The notes: generated from the letters alone by a model not told the origin. A stretch of DNA of 37,718 nt from Candidatus Hodarchaeaceae archaeon (GCA_030018135.1 JASEGJ010000009.1:1-37718); one strand, 5' to 3'; positions 1-10,626 are shown, counted from the stretch's first letter. A program made the numbers and translations.

Positions 1-79
1 GAGGAAGTATCTCAAGAACTATTTTACGGCGAAAATTAGGTGATATGACTTAAAAGGGGTAATGGCGCCGGGGAGAGGA

Positions 80-106
80 TTATCGGTCAACGATTTCTCG
101 TCAACT
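80..106 (-). other. 27-nt tRNA intron in the T-loop (59/60; 58/59 possible)
   Basis: Hairpin GTTGACGA-GAAA-TCGTTGAC, AG|A and AA|T bulges and a TCG/CGA helix; removal restores a 7-nt T-loop. Confidence 0.85.
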
Positions 107-128
107 CTCGAACCTCTGACCGCCCGGT

Positions 129-188
129 TGCCGTATGCGAACACGTCGTCCCGCTTTTTGAGGTTCGTTCTTCATTCATGCTCGCGTT
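129..188 (-). other. 60-nt tRNA intron at canonical position 37/38
   Basis: Bulge-helix-bulge (BHB): CTGT/ACGG 4-bp helix with TA|A and CA|A bulges; intron stem GCGAGCATG/CGTGTTCGC. Confidence 0.9.
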
Positions 189-250
189 TAACAGCCGGGC
201 ACTCTACCTACTGAGCTACCCCGGCACCATGGTATCCTCTGAAGGGAAAC

Positions 251-260
251 TCTATAAACA
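251..260 (-). promoter_or_regulatory. TATA box of tRNA-Asn
   Basis: TTTATA about 28-33 nt upstream of the mature 5' end. Confidence 0.55.
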
Positions 261-358
261 TTTGGTCCCGCTGTAAGCCGATAACCCATTTTTAGCACTG
301 CCGATTCCCACGGCCCTAGCTCGAATAACTCTAATGTCGCTCGTCTATTAATTTCAGA

Positions 359-1465
359 TTAACCAGCACCGAGAAACTTCTGCCCCTCGACCTGCTCGAG
401 CTTGGCCGGCAAATATTTGTTCACGACGTACGCCAAGCCATACTTCGCGAATGCCTGCTGTTCGGCCTTCTTGCCGAGTTCGAGCATCTTTTTGATCTCG
501 CCCTGCCAGAACTCCGTGTTATACCTGGGGTCCTTCTGAAGCTGCTTCAGCCGGGCGATGTCGAGCTCCCGCAGCTTGTCGGTGGGCAGCTCATATTCCA
601 CTATATCGCTCGCCGTCACGCCGATGTACTTCGCATCCGGCACGGCAAGCTCGTGGTTGATGTAGGCGAGCTTCGCGCTACCCGAGATTATGACCATGGC
701 TATGTGAAAGCCGAATGGGTCGCCGTCGCAGTTTAGATATACGGGCAACCCAAGCTCATCGTGCGCCCTCTTCAGGAACCTCCTCGTAGCCCGAGCGGCC
801 TGCCCCTTCAGACCGACTATCAACGCGTCGAACTTCTTCCATGCCTCCTCCTGCACTAGCCTATGGTACATGCCCATGGTCTCCACGGCTATCACGCGCT
901 TCGCCTTGCACTTGACGAACTCCACATCATCGATGGTCGGCGGGATGGTGTAACCCGCGCGGCCCGCCTTGGTGGCGTCTATTGTCACATCGTCCTCCTT
1001 GATCACGAGCTGACCGTAAACTGCTGCGCCGTCCTCCTCCGGCGTCAAGCCGAGGTCCTCGCGCTTCAGCCCAAACGCCGCCTCGAGGTCCTCCAGGATG
1101 GCATCGGATTCGCCCTGATCCCCGAATGGGCCGGACTCCCAGCCCTCCGCGGTGTAGTACATCTCCCGCAGCGTGGCGAATTTTTTGCTTGTGATGAGTT
1201 CCTTGCAAAAGTCCGCGACGCACATCGTCTGTGCGAATTTTTTGACCTGCTTTATGCTCGCCGCCGAGCGCACACCATAATGGGGCCCGAGCACGAAGTA
1301 CCTATTCGCCTCATCGTAGACGATGTTGGAAGTGCTTCGCGACGGTATCTTGAGCCTCGGCGGGACGACCCGCGCGATGTCCTCGATGATCTCGGCCCCC
1401 AATGCCACAAGCTTCTCCTCAGCCCTTTTCTTCCGCTCCTTCCCACGCCCTTCGACTTTAGGCAT
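359..1465 (-). CDS. top6A: DNA topoisomerase VI subunit A
   Basis: LREMYY catalytic Tyr, TOPRIM Glu (AVET) and DGD motif, KAEQQA; ATG 1465 overlaps the top6B stop. Confidence 0.95.
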   Translation of the reverse strand: MPKVEGRGKERKKRAEEKLVALGAEIIEDIARVVPPRLKIPSRSTSNIVYDEANRYFVLGPHYGVRSAASIKQVKKFAQTMCVADFCKELITSKKFATLREMYYTAEGWESGPFGDQGESDAILEDLEAAFGLKREDLGLTPEEDGAAVYGQLVIKEDDVTIDATKAGRAGYTIPPTIDDVEFVKCKAKRVIAVETMGMYHRLVQEEAWKKFDALIVGLKGQAARATRRFLKRAHDELGLPVYLNCDGDPFGFHIAMVIISGSAKLAYINHELAVPDAKYIGVTASDIVEYELPTDKLRELDIARLKQLQKDPRYNTEFWQGEIKKMLELGKKAEQQAFAKYGLAYVVNKYLPAKLEQVEGQKFLGAG

Positions 1466-3011
1466 CTTCAACACCCGCCACCTTCTTTAATAGGGGTTTG
1501 ATATCCGGCTCCTTTTTACCGACCAAACTTGCGGCCTTTTTGGCGATTATCGGCAGATACCTCTCAAATATACTGGCGCGCTGCTGCCGCTCCTTCACGC
1601 GTATCTTCCGATATAGGTATCGCCTGAGTTCGCGCGCTACATCCATGATCGCGGCGCGAACCTCCTCATGCACCTCCGGCTCGTCGGCAATCGACTGCTT
1701 GCCCGCCGAAGTGTATGGCACATAGGCAGAAACGAGGTTGACGAAAAGTGTCAGGGGCGCAGTCGCCACATCGACGCCGTACCTGCGCCAATCGATGCTC
1801 CTTGCTGCCGAGGTTATGGCACAGCCTCCCTGATCGAACACTAGTGGCGCGCGGTTCGCAAACCTGATCAAGTCCAAGCCCTCCGTTTCTATTCCCTCCC
1901 CTTCAGCCGTCTTGCCAGCGCCGCCGCCGTAGGCGATGCCAGCTTCGACGATGAACGGGATGCCCCCGCGATAGGCTTTAGGTGGGCGGGTGACCGCATG
2001 GACGAATTCTGGATTCAATATCTGCCGCATGCCGCTCTCGATTTCAGCCGCTCCGATCGGCCGCAAACCCGCCGTCGGTGGGGCCATGAACTTGATCTGC
2101 TTGAACGCCGAGACTATCCCTTCAGCCTCCTCCCACGTGAGCTCGGACGGCCTTTTGTTGAGATCGACGCCGGAGAGCTTTTGAACCTCCTTGACCTTGC
2201 CCTTTGTCATGCGTGAAAGTTCAGCGACCAGAAAACCCGCCAAGGTTCGGCTTTTTGTGTGTTTGGCAAGGACTAGCAGGTCGTCCGACATTATGCCCCA
2301 GGGATGGGGCGCCATGGGCTTGGGTCGTTCTGGTATCTTATCGGTCGCACGCTCGAAGACGGTTAGCGTGCCGTCTGGCTCGACGAAGGTGATTTGAACG
2401 TGTGGATTTGCGATCGCGGTCATACGCAGGTAGTTGAACGGCCCGTAGCGGGAGCGCACGTACGCGACGTCTTTGAGCTCTAATTCAAGCCGCGTTCCCT
2501 GCCAGTCGCCCTTGAGCTTCTTGCCGTTGAGCACCTTGCCCTCGTTCTTATCGACATCGATCATGACATTCGCGTGAACGATTTCGCCGTTGCCCGTCGA
2601 GGTCACCACCGTCGCAGGTCTGCCGCTCGTTATTTGGCCGAACATCACCGAGCCTACAATCCCGATCCCCTGCTGCCCCCGGCTCTGCATGTTCCGATGC
2701 AACTTCGTGCCGGCGAGCATCTTGCCGAATACACCGGGGATGAATTCCTCTGGTATGCCCGAGGCGTTGTCTTCTATCACCACCTTGAGGTGCTCGAGGT
2801 TTTCATCCACCCTCTTTATCATGACAGATATGGAAGGGAGGATCCCAGCTTCCTCCGCGGCATCGATTGAATTTGTGACACCTTCATGCACCACTGTAGT
2901 GAGGGACCTTATCTTTCCCGTGTAGCCTAGCATGGCGGCGTTCTTTCGGAAGAACTCGCTGACGCTGTGCTCCCGAAAGTCCTTGAATAGCTCGTCAGCA
3001 AGCGTTTTCAT
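1458..3011 (-). CDS. top6B: DNA topoisomerase VI subunit B
   Basis: EFFRKN, GHKL motifs ([21 protein letters not shown]), [15 protein letters not shown]; GCGGTGA RBS before ATG 3011. Confidence 0.95.
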   Translation of the reverse strand: MKTLADELFKDFREHSVSEFFRKNAAMLGYTGKIRSLTTVVHEGVTNSIDAAEEAGILPSISVMIKRVDENLEHLKVVIEDNASGIPEEFIPGVFGKMLAGTKLHRNMQSRGQQGIGIVGSVMFGQITSGRPATVVTSTGNGEIVHANVMIDVDKNEGKVLNGKKLKGDWQGTRLELELKDVAYVRSRYGPFNYLRMTAIANPHVQITFVEPDGTLTVFERATDKIPERPKPMAPHPWGIMSDDLLVLAKHTKSRTLAGFLVAELSRMTKGKVKEVQKLSGVDLNKRPSELTWEEAEGIVSAFKQIKFMAPPTAGLRPIGAAEIESGMRQILNPEFVHAVTRPPKAYRGGIPFIVEAGIAYGGGAGKTAEGEGIETEGLDLIRFANRAPLVFDQGGCAITSAARSIDWRRYGVDVATAPLTLFVNLVSAYVPYTSAGKQSIADEPEVHEEVRAAIMDVARELRRYLYRKIRVKERQQRASIFERYLPIIAKKAASLVGKKEPDIKPLLKKVAGVEDA

Positions 3012-3092
3012 GGCATTCACCGCATATTTCAATCAAGCTCTCATCACGGCTTTTTAAATGCGTTTGGGAGAGAGGTGACCGAAAGTGATCCA

Positions 3093-3647
3093 CTACCTCC
3101 AAATCTCCCTCACCCGCCTTTTGGCCTCCCTGCGCTTTCGCTCTAAAAATCTATAGGCCGCGGAATGAGGGACACCCCTCAAAAGCATTAGGATTGCCTC
3201 CCTCGCCACCGCGAGTTGCTCCGGCTCTCCTATCAATGCGATGGTCTTGCCGTAGACCGACACGTAGACACCGGCCGTTTCCTCAATTATTCGGCGCGTT
3301 TTGCCTGCCTCGCCTATCACCCTGCCCTTAAGCCTGATTAACGCTTTATCCGAGCGGCCGATGAAGTCCGTCATGTCGATTACCTCGAGGTACTTGTTCT
3401 CGTCGAAGAGGCGAAACGCTCGCTCCGAGCTAAAGCCGCGCGCTATCGCATTTAACACATCCCTCGCGCGCAGCGCACCAAGCGGATCGTCGCCCACCAA
3501 TTTGATTATCGTCTCCCCGGTCTCGCTGTCGAAGGTAAGCTCTGTTCCCGTCCTGCGTTCGATCTCCTGCTTGACCATTCCGCCGGGGCCGATCGCAACA
3601 CCGACCCTTTCCTTGGGCAATCTAAAGTGCTTCATTTTAACTTGCAC
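3093..3647 (-). CDS. KH-domain pre-rRNA processing protein (Dim2/Pno1 family)
   Basis: IGPGG and GRVIGEAGKTR KH motifs, AIARGFS, SVYGKT; conserved position between rio1 and top6B. Alternative ATG at 3635. Confidence 0.9.
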   Translation of the reverse strand: MQVKMKHFRLPKERVGVAIGPGGMVKQEIERRTGTELTFDSETGETIIKLVGDDPLGALRARDVLNAIARGFSSERAFRLFDENKYLEVIDMTDFIGRSDKALIRLKGRVIGEAGKTRRIIEETAGVYVSVYGKTIALIGEPEQLAVAREAILMLLRGVPHSAAYRFLERKRREAKRRVREIWR

Positions 3648-3655
3648 CGACGAGC

Positions 3656-4222
3656 TTAAGATCTGTCCTCAAACACCATGCTACCGGAAGGCTCAACCTT
3701 GCCGGCATACTTGCCCCTGATTTCGTCGTATCCCCTGCTTACGGCCCTATCCATCGCATAAAAAAGCAACTGGCAGATGCGCATGCCTGGGTATAGCTTG
3801 ACTGGTGCCGGGTTCATGTTTAGGATCTCCAGCGTAACCGGGATCGGGCTCTTGGAACCGGATCCCGGGTTCACATGGCCGGAGGAGATGTGAATGAATA
3901 CCCCCATGCGGGCGATGGAGGACCGCCCTTCGATCGAGGCCACGAGATCTTTGGGCACCGCGATCCTTTCCAAGGTGACGCCCAAAATGAGCTGGCCAGG
4001 CTGAATGACGAATGGCTCCCCCTTGGTGTCGACCAGCTCGGTATTTTTCTCGATGGATTCCCTATCGTAGGGGTCGACCAAACTCGTCGATCTAAAGACC
4101 CTAAATTTGCAGCCCAATCTGAGGTCCACCTGGCTGGGCCCAATTAACCGATCGTCGAAGGGCTCGATCAAGATCCTGCCCTCTCTTATGTACTCGCGAA
4201 TTTGCTCGCCTGAGAGGATCAT
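3656..4222 (-). CDS. dcd: dCTP deaminase family protein (atypical motif III)
   Basis: MILS start, VDLRLG, EGRSSIARMG, TLE, YPGMRICQL, GKY. Confidence 0.85.
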   Translation of the reverse strand: MILSGEQIREYIREGRILIEPFDDRLIGPSQVDLRLGCKFRVFRSTSLVDPYDRESIEKNTELVDTKGEPFVIQPGQLILGVTLERIAVPKDLVASIEGRSSIARMGVFIHISSGHVNPGSGSKSPIPVTLEILNMNPAPVKLYPGMRICQLLFYAMDRAVSRGYDEIRGKYAGKVEPSGSMVFEDRS

Positions 4223-4283
4223 TCACGCCACTCCGAAAATCTTATCGGGCGCTCCGACAAAAGCGTTGCGGTTTGTTCGCATT

Positions 4284-5063
4284 TCATCGATCAGCCTTAA
4301 CCCTAGAGAATAACTCAATCGGCTCCGGCGTTTCCACCCCAAGCCTGCGGAAGTAATTGACGAGGTTGCTGATGTCCCTCAACAAGAGCTCACCGGACAT
4401 CGGATTCGCGATATCGGTCGCCATGGAAAAATCGATCAAAGTGGGCTCAGGTCCGACCAGAACATTGTACTCGCTCAAATCAGAGTGGACGAGATCAGCC
4501 TCCCGATAAAGCTTCTCGACCGCGTCGACTAGCTTCTCGAATGTGGCCTTCGGGTTTCTCGGCGGGGAGTCCTTCATGCGGGGGTAGGGCACGCCATGCT
4601 CGCCGATGAACTCCATCGCGAGCACATTGTTTTCGAAGTCTATCGGCCTCGGCGCTGGTACGCCGACCTCGTGAGCGCGCTGCAGGTTTTTGAACTCCCG
4701 CGAGACCCAAGTGTAAATGATCTGCCTTCGGTTACGGCGGAAGGTCCTGAAGCGGGAATCGCCTATCAGATACCGGTACATGGTCTTGAAATCCGAGGTC
4801 GCTATGCGGTAGATCTTGACCGCAACGTAATTTCCCCGCTCATCGAGGGCGCAAAAAATGTTTGCCTCCTTGCCCGTGCTAACGGCGCCGTAGAGCGCGT
4901 CGAACACGCCCCTGTGAATCATGTGGTAAAGCGTCATCAGCGTGGAGCGGTCGAAGACATCCGCCATTATCTTGTAGGTCTCGGAGTCCTTCTCGAGCCT
5001 CTCCGGCTTCCGGCGCTCAAGCCTACGCAAAAGGGACTCGAAGTCCGCGGGCAAGCAGGCCAC
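4284..5063 (-). CDS. rio1: RIO1 atypical Ser kinase/ATPase
   Basis: STGKEANIF, AVKIYR, LVHSDLSEYN, IDF. Confidence 0.93.
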   Translation of the reverse strand: MACLPADFESLLRRLERRKPERLEKDSETYKIMADVFDRSTLMTLYHMIHRGVFDALYGAVSTGKEANIFCALDERGNYVAVKIYRIATSDFKTMYRYLIGDSRFRTFRRNRRQIIYTWVSREFKNLQRAHEVGVPAPRPIDFENNVLAMEFIGEHGVPYPRMKDSPPRNPKATFEKLVDAVEKLYREADLVHSDLSEYNVLVGPEPTLIDFSMATDIANPMSGELLLRDISNLVNYFRRLGVETPEPIELFSRVKADR

Positions 5064-5369
5064 CTAGCTCCAAAGCCCCTTCCTCATCAGCCAATCAACT
5101 TGGGTTCTGGTATAGCGGTAGATGATATCCCCCTTCTCCTCACCCTGCACAGCCCATGGGCGCACGATCACGACATCGTTCTCGCGTATCCACAGCCTCT
5201 TCCTGATTTTACCGGGTATTCGGCATATCCTAGTATGACCGTCCTTGCATCGCACGCGTAAGCGATCGAACCCGACCATTTGTTCCACGGTGCCAAAAAC
5301 CTCGTCCCGACGTGGCACGCGCAGCCTCTCGAACTGTTCCTCGGGCGTTTTTGGGCCCCGATGCGGCAT
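5064..5369 (-). CDS. eif1a: translation initiation factor aIF-1A
   Basis: [34 protein letters not shown]. Confidence 0.95.
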   Translation of the reverse strand: MPHRGPKTPEEQFERLRVPRRDEVFGTVEQMVGFDRLRVRCKDGHTRICRIPGKIRKRLWIRENDVVIVRPWAVQGEEKGDIIYRYTRTQVDWLMRKGLWS

Positions 5370-6869
5370 TTAAGCTCCTCCGATTTTTCTGTCCCAAAGC
5401 AATCGATTGACCCCGTTCAACATCGCTTGGACGCTTGCCATGATGATGTCCCCGCTGGTGCCCCGCGCGGTGACGATGCGCTTGCCGTCGGTTAATTTGA
5501 CGACCACATCGACGACCGCGTCCGTGCCTCCCGAGATGGCGTCGACGTGGTACTCCTGTAGGCGGATGTTGGACATCCCCTCGACGACCTTTCGAATCGC
5601 GTTGATCGCGGCATCCACCGGCCCAACGCCTAGGCCGGATTCAGTCACCTGCTTATCCTCGAACTTTAATCGAACCGACGCGGTCGGGGTCACCTTGTTG
5701 CCGCTTAAGACCGTGAGCTCCTCGAGCTTGACCATCTCTTCTAAGATGCGGCCCATCACGGCATCGACGATCGCGCGCAACTCGGCATCCGTGACGAGCT
5801 TGCCTCGATCCCCGAGCTTTTTGACCTGCTCGAATATCTCCCGCACCTGCTCCTTGGTCGGCTCCAAACCCATGCGCCTGAGCTCGCTCTCTATGGCGTG
5901 GGAGCCGACGTGCTTACCGAACACCAATCGACGGTGGTGGCCCACCATCTTCGGCGCTATTGGCTCGTACGTCGGCGGGTAAGCCAGCACCCCGGCCGTA
6001 TGAATGCCGGCTTCGTGCGAGAACGCATTTTCGCCGACGACGGCTTTGGTTGGCGAGACCGGCAAGCCGGTATGGCGCTCGACAAGGCGGGAAATCTCGT
6101 ATAGCCCTTTGAGCCGGATCTTCGTTTGAACATCATAAAATTGCGCGAGCGCTAACACGACCTCCTCCAAAGCGGCGTTGCCCGCCCGCTCGCCCAAGCC
6201 GTTTACGGTCACGTGGACCTCCTGCGCGCCGGCCCTCACCGCCGCGACCGTGTTGGCGGTAGCCATGCCGAAGTCGTTGTGACAATGGGCCGCGACCGGC
6301 ACGTTAACCGCCTTGACGACTTCGGCGAACAGCTCGTGCGCCCGCTCTGGAGTTAAAACTCCAACGGTGTCGCAAATGCATACGCGCTGGGCGCCCTCCC
6401 CGATGCCACCGAGAAAAATTTCCTTGATGAACGCTAGATCGGAACGGGTGGCATCCTCGGCGGACAGCTCGACTATCAAGCCGTGGTCGACCGCGTACCG
6501 CACCGCGTCGAGCGCCATCTCCTTCACCTCCGCCCTGCTCTTCTTGAGCTTGTACTGCAGGTGGATGTCTGAGGTCGGCACCACCAGGTGGATGCTGTCG
6601 ACATCGCAAGCGAGTGCGGCATCGACATCGGCGCGAAGGGCGCGGGTGAAGCTACATATCTCCGCATTCAAGTTGGCGCTGGAGATCATCTTGATCGCTT
6701 GGCGCTCCCCCTCCGATGTTATGGCCGCACCGGCCTCTATTACGTCGACGCCGAGGTCGTCGAGCGCCTTGGCTACCTCCAGCTTTTGTTCGGGGGCCAG
6801 CGCTATCCCCGGCGTTTGCTCGCCGTCGCGCAAGGTCGTGTCGAAGATTTTTACCATCCGTTTCGACAT
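5370..6869 (-). CDS. cimA: (R)-citramalate synthase
   Basis: [23 protein letters not shown]-terminal regulatory domain. [19 protein letters not shown] and LIVELSAED match recalled methanogen CimA. Start set to ATG 6869. Confidence 0.8.
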   Translation of the reverse strand: MSKRMVKIFDTTLRDGEQTPGIALAPEQKLEVAKALDDLGVDVIEAGAAITSEGERQAIKMISSANLNAEICSFTRALRADVDAALACDVDSIHLVVPTSDIHLQYKLKKSRAEVKEMALDAVRYAVDHGLIVELSAEDATRSDLAFIKEIFLGGIGEGAQRVCICDTVGVLTPERAHELFAEVVKAVNVPVAAHCHNDFGMATANTVAAVRAGAQEVHVTVNGLGERAGNAALEEVVLALAQFYDVQTKIRLKGLYEISRLVERHTGLPVSPTKAVVGENAFSHEAGIHTAGVLAYPPTYEPIAPKMVGHHRRLVFGKHVGSHAIESELRRMGLEPTKEQVREIFEQVKKLGDRGKLVTDAELRAIVDAVMGRILEEMVKLEELTVLSGNKVTPTASVRLKFEDKQVTESGLGVGPVDAAINAIRKVVEGMSNIRLQEYHVDAISGGTDAVVDVVVKLTDGKRIVTARGTSGDIIMASVQAMLNGVNRLLWDRKIGGA

Positions 6870-6956
6870 TTTGAACGCCCTTTTTATCGCGTATATCAAC
6901 CTATACTTTTGAATAGGTATTTTAATGCCCTACATTAGAACCTGTTTGGTGGTCGC

Positions 6957-8507
6957 TTGCCGGAGGAGGCTTTTGTCAGCGATTTCATCAGGCAGGTGGG
7001 CAGGGAGCTCAAGTTGCCAAAGCGCATCAGGGTATTCGACACCACGCTTAGGGATGGTGAGCAAACCCCGGGGGTTTCCTTCACCCCCGATCAAAAATTG
7101 TTGATAGCCCGCCAGCTCGACAAGCTGGGGGTCGACACCATCGAGGCGGGCACCCCGGTATCGTCGGATGGCGAGAGGAGGGCCGTGGCCGCAATCGCGG
7201 GAGCCGGCTTAAATGCCGAGATCTGCGCGCTCGCGAGGCCGGTCAAGGCTGATGTGGATGCTGCGCTTGAGTGCGGGGCTGACTGCGTTCACATATTCAT
7301 AAGCACATCGGACCTCCACCTCAAGCACATGCTCAAGATGACGCGGGAGCAGGTGCTTCGCCAGGCGGTCAAATACGTCGAGTACGCCAAGGACCGCGGC
7401 GCCACCGTCGAATTCTCGGCAATGGACGCCACTCGAACCGACCTAGAATTCCTAAAGAAAATCTACCGGGCGGTTGTAGACGCAGGGGCGGATCGCATCA
7501 ACGTCCCGGATACCGTGGGCGTCATCACCCCGCGTGGCATGTACTACCTCATAAGCCAGCTTAAGCCAGTCGTAAGGGTGCCGATAAGCGTGCACTGCCA
7601 CGACGACTTCGGGATGGCGACATCCAACTCGCTCGCGGCGGTCGAGGCGGGAGCAGAGCAGGTCCAGGTAGCGGTCAACGGGCTGGGTGAGCGCGCCGGC
7701 AACGCGTCGCTCGAGGAGGTCGTGATGAGCCTCCGCGCGCTCTACGGGATCAAGCCGAACATAAAGACGGAGCTGCTCGTCGAGACCTCGGACCTAGTGG
7801 AGCGCCTGACGGGCATAACCGTGCCGCCGAACAAGGCGATCGTCGGAGACAACGCGTTCGCCCATGTTTCGGGCATCCATGCGCACGGTGTGCTAGAGTT
7901 CCCCGGCACCTATGAGCCGATTTCGCCCGAGCTCGTCGGGCATCACCGCCGCTTGGCCCTCGGCAAGCTCACGGGCAGGCACTCGGTCGAGAAACAACTA
8001 AAGGATCTCGGGGTGCGGGTGACGAAGCGGCAGCTCGCGGATATCACCGAGCGCGTCAAGGAGCTGGGCGACAAGGGCAAGGCAATCACCGACATCGACC
8101 TGCGCGCAATCGCCGAGAGCGTTCTCGGTACGCTGCCGCCCGAGGAGAAGGTGGTCGAGCTCAAGGAGGCGACCGTGCTCACGGGGAGCACCGTGACGCC
8201 CACCGCTTCAGTCAGGGTCGCCGTGCGCGGACAGGAGCGCATGGGCTCCGCCACCGGAGTTGGACCCGTCGATGCAGCGATAGGTGCGATTCGAAACGTG
8301 ATGCAGGAGATCTCGGCGCTGAGGCTGAAGGAGTACCACCTCGACGCGGTTACTGGCGGGAGCGATGCTTTGGCCGAAGTCACGGTGAAGCTCGAGGACG
8401 AGAAGGGCAACCTTTACATAGCCAAGGGCGTGCGAGAGGATGTCGTCATAGCGAGCGTCGAGGCGATGATAAACGGCATCAACCGCTACTTCGCGGGGCG
8501 GAAGTAG
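6957..8507 (+). CDS. leuA: 2-isopropylmalate synthase
   Basis: DRE-TIM motifs, an N-terminal extension like methanogen LeuA, GVGPVDA regulatory domain; clustered with leuBCD. Confidence 0.8.
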   Translation: MPEEAFVSDFIRQVGRELKLPKRIRVFDTTLRDGEQTPGVSFTPDQKLLIARQLDKLGVDTIEAGTPVSSDGERRAVAAIAGAGLNAEICALARPVKADVDAALECGADCVHIFISTSDLHLKHMLKMTREQVLRQAVKYVEYAKDRGATVEFSAMDATRTDLEFLKKIYRAVVDAGADRINVPDTVGVITPRGMYYLISQLKPVVRVPISVHCHDDFGMATSNSLAAVEAGAEQVQVAVNGLGERAGNASLEEVVMSLRALYGIKPNIKTELLVETSDLVERLTGITVPPNKAIVGDNAFAHVSGIHAHGVLEFPGTYEPISPELVGHHRRLALGKLTGRHSVEKQLKDLGVRVTKRQLADITERVKELGDKGKAITDIDLRAIAESVLGTLPPEEKVVELKEATVLTGSTVTPTASVRVAVRGQERMGSATGVGPVDAAIGAIRNVMQEISALRLKEYHLDAVTGGSDALAEVTVKLEDEKGNLYIAKGVREDVVIASVEAMINGINRYFAGRK

Positions 8508-8518
8508 GAGGGGGAGTT

Positions 8519-8806
8519 TTGGAAAAGCGTGAGCGGAGGGTCGAGGGCAGGGAGAGGTTTCCCGTGCTGCGGCTGAGCATCCCGAAAAACGGGGGATACC
8601 AGGACTTCGAGATACCCATCAAGGCCAGGCTCACGATGTTCTTGCCCAAGGGCAGCCACATCCAGGCGCGCGAGAAGTTCATCGAGTACGTGCGCATCCC
8701 CATCGACGAAAGGCGGAGCGTGTTCATAAACTTCGGGAGCAAGGGGAGGCTCGGCTTCTACGCCTCCGTCAGGGTGCACGAGCGAGCTGCCGAGCGGGAA
8801 AAGTAG
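8519..8806 (+). CDS. hypothetical basic protein (95 aa)
   Basis: GGAGGGGG RBS before TTG just after the leuA stop; high GC3 codon bias. Confidence 0.65.
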   Translation: MEKRERRVEGRERFPVLRLSIPKNGGYQDFEIPIKARLTMFLPKGSHIQAREKFIEYVRIPIDERRSVFINFGSKGRLGFYASVRVHERAAEREK

Positions 8807-8841
8807 CTAAGTGGCAAAAGCGAACCGAAATTAAGCGTGAA

Positions 8842-9966
8842 TCACATCCCCCTTATCCTTGCCGCCACGGCGTCCCCGACCTCGGAGGTGCTCGACCTTC
8901 CGCCCAAGTCGTAGGTCCTGACCTTGCCCTCCTTCAGGACCTCGATCACCGCCCGCTCGACTTTGCCCGCCGCCTCCTCCTCGCCCAAGTGCTCGAGCAT
9001 CATCTGCCCCGCCAAGATCGTCGCCAGCGGGTTCGCCACGTTCCTGCCAGCATGTTTGGGCGCCGAGCCGTGGATGGGCTCGAACATGCTCACGCCCTCA
9101 GGATCGATGTTGCCTCCCGGCGCGAGCCCCAAGCCGCCCTGGATCATCGCACCCAAGTCGGTAAGGATGTCGCCGAACATGTTGGGCGTCACGACTACCC
9201 GGTACCACTCCGGGTTCTTCACGAACCACATCGCCACGGCATCGACGAACGAGAACTCCGTCTCGATGTCAGGATACTCCCTCGCCACCCGCTCGAAGAC
9301 CTCCCGCCAAAGGCTGTAGGCGTGCGTGAGCACGTTGACCTTGTCCACCGAGGTCACCCGCCGCTTGTCCTTCCTCCGAGCCAGCTCGAAGGCGTAGCGC
9401 ATTACCCGCTCCGCGCCCTTGCGGCTTATCACGCCGATCTGGTACGCGATCTCATCTCGGTCGACGTCGATGTCCAAGTCGAACTTGAGTTTGTAAATGG
9501 AGCGCAGGACCTCGAGCTTCGCGCGCGATTTTCCCCCAGCGCGGCCGCCTATGGCGACGTAGAAATCCTCGGTGTTCTCACGCACGACGTAGAAGTCGAT
9601 GTGCTCAGGGCCCTTCCCCACCAGCGGGCAGGGCACGCCGGGGTAGAGCTTGACCGGGCGGAGGTTGATGTACTGCTCGAAGTAGAAGCGAAGCTTCAGC
9701 AGGATCCCTTGTTCGAGCACGCCCGTCGGCACCCTGGGGTCGCCGAGCGCTCCCAAGTAGATCGCATCCATTTTCTCGAGCTGCTTGAGGCCGTCCTCCG
9801 GCACCAGCTCCTCGGTCCTGAGGTAGTGCTCGGCCCCGTACGGGAACTCGACGAACTCAAACTTCAAGCCGGGCACCGCATCTTCGACCGCGCGCAGGAC
9901 CTTCACGCCCTCGCGGACGACCTCGGGCCCAATCCCATCGCCGGGTATGACGGCAATCTTGTACAT
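8842..9966 (-). CDS. leuB: 3-isopropylmalate dehydrogenase (beta-decarboxylating dehydrogenase family)
   Basis: [39 protein letters not shown]. Confidence 0.88.
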   Translation of the reverse strand: MYKIAVIPGDGIGPEVVREGVKVLRAVEDAVPGLKFEFVEFPYGAEHYLRTEELVPEDGLKQLEKMDAIYLGALGDPRVPTGVLEQGILLKLRFYFEQYINLRPVKLYPGVPCPLVGKGPEHIDFYVVRENTEDFYVAIGGRAGGKSRAKLEVLRSIYKLKFDLDIDVDRDEIAYQIGVISRKGAERVMRYAFELARRKDKRRVTSVDKVNVLTHAYSLWREVFERVAREYPDIETEFSFVDAVAMWFVKNPEWYRVVVTPNMFGDILTDLGAMIQGGLGLAPGGNIDPEGVSMFEPIHGSAPKHAGRNVANPLATILAGQMMLEHLGEEEAAGKVERAVIEVLKEGKVRTYDLGGRSSTSEVGDAVAARIRGM

Positions 9967-10032
9967 CGCATCACCTAGGCTAATTTTTTATCTCCTTAAC
10001 GGTCTTAAACTTACACGTTTGAGGTATCCTCG

Positions 10033-10626
10033 ATGAACGTAGCGGAAAAGTTGAGGTTGAACAATAGGTTGACCTACCTCGCCACAATCGTGCTCGCCTC
10101 CTATTTCTTCTTAGTTTTCGGGTTCGTGATCTTACCCAAGCTGCCGCAGATCCCCACGGAACTCGGGGAGTGGCGGATAGCGATATCCTCGTGGAATCTG
10201 GGAGGGTCGATAATGTTCACGCTGGTATTCAGAATTCAACTCCTGCGCGGAGCCCTAGATAGGCTCAATAATAGAAAGAGAAAGATGCGCGTGACACCAT
10301 GGGTGTGGTTTTGGTTCGCTGGCTTGACGGTGGTCGGCTCCTTAAGCTTGATCACCGTGGTCTACAGCTATCTTTTCCCGGGGATTTTCATGTCGCGCGG
10401 GAGCACGATCGCCCACGATTTTCTCACCATCTTTTCTCTCGCGCTTTGGGCGATGTTGATAGTTCTATCGATCTCGCTTCTACGCGCCCACGATAAATGC
10501 CCCAGAAAAATGGCGGGAGAAATCAGAGGGGCAATTCAAATCCATCGCTGGCTCCTAGCACCGTCGACGATAGCATTCTTTATCTTTTCCGTGGTGGTGG
10601 CACCCACGTCATTTTTCTTCATCTAA
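10033..10626 (+). CDS. hypothetical integral membrane protein (~5-6 TM)
   Basis: Several long hydrophobic segments; GAGGT RBS and upstream TTAAA. Confidence 0.7.
   Translation: MNVAEKLRLNNRLTYLATIVLASYFFLVFGFVILPKLPQIPTELGEWRIAISSWNLGGSIMFTLVFRIQLLRGALDRLNNRKRKMRVTPWVWFWFAGLTVVGSLSLITVVYSYLFPGIFMSRGSTIAHDFLTIFSLALWAMLIVLSISLLRAHDKCPRKMAGEIRGAIQIHRWLLAPSTIAFFIFSVVVAPTSFFFI

Larger units (their letters stand above)
63..225 (-). tRNA. tRNA-Asn (GTT) with two introns and encoded CCA
   Basis: Reverse complement reads GCCGGGG-TA-GCTC AGTAGGTA GAGT-G-CCCGG CT GTT A|intron|A CCGGG-CGGTC-AGAGG TTCGAG|intron|T CCTCT-CCCCGGC-G-CCA. All four stems pair; discriminator G73. Confidence 0.95.

Noticed and set aside
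1-43. Possible 3' end of a + strand CDS (RKYLKNYFTAKIR*) next to the tRNA 3' end, perhaps an island boundary
   Set aside because: Too short to identify, and no repeat of the tRNA 3' end was noticed in the window.
863-1501. Long antisense ORFs (also 4596-5261, 8989-9978, 21309-22103, 27464-28156)
   Set aside because: Shadows of well-supported opposite-strand genes, expected with high GC3.
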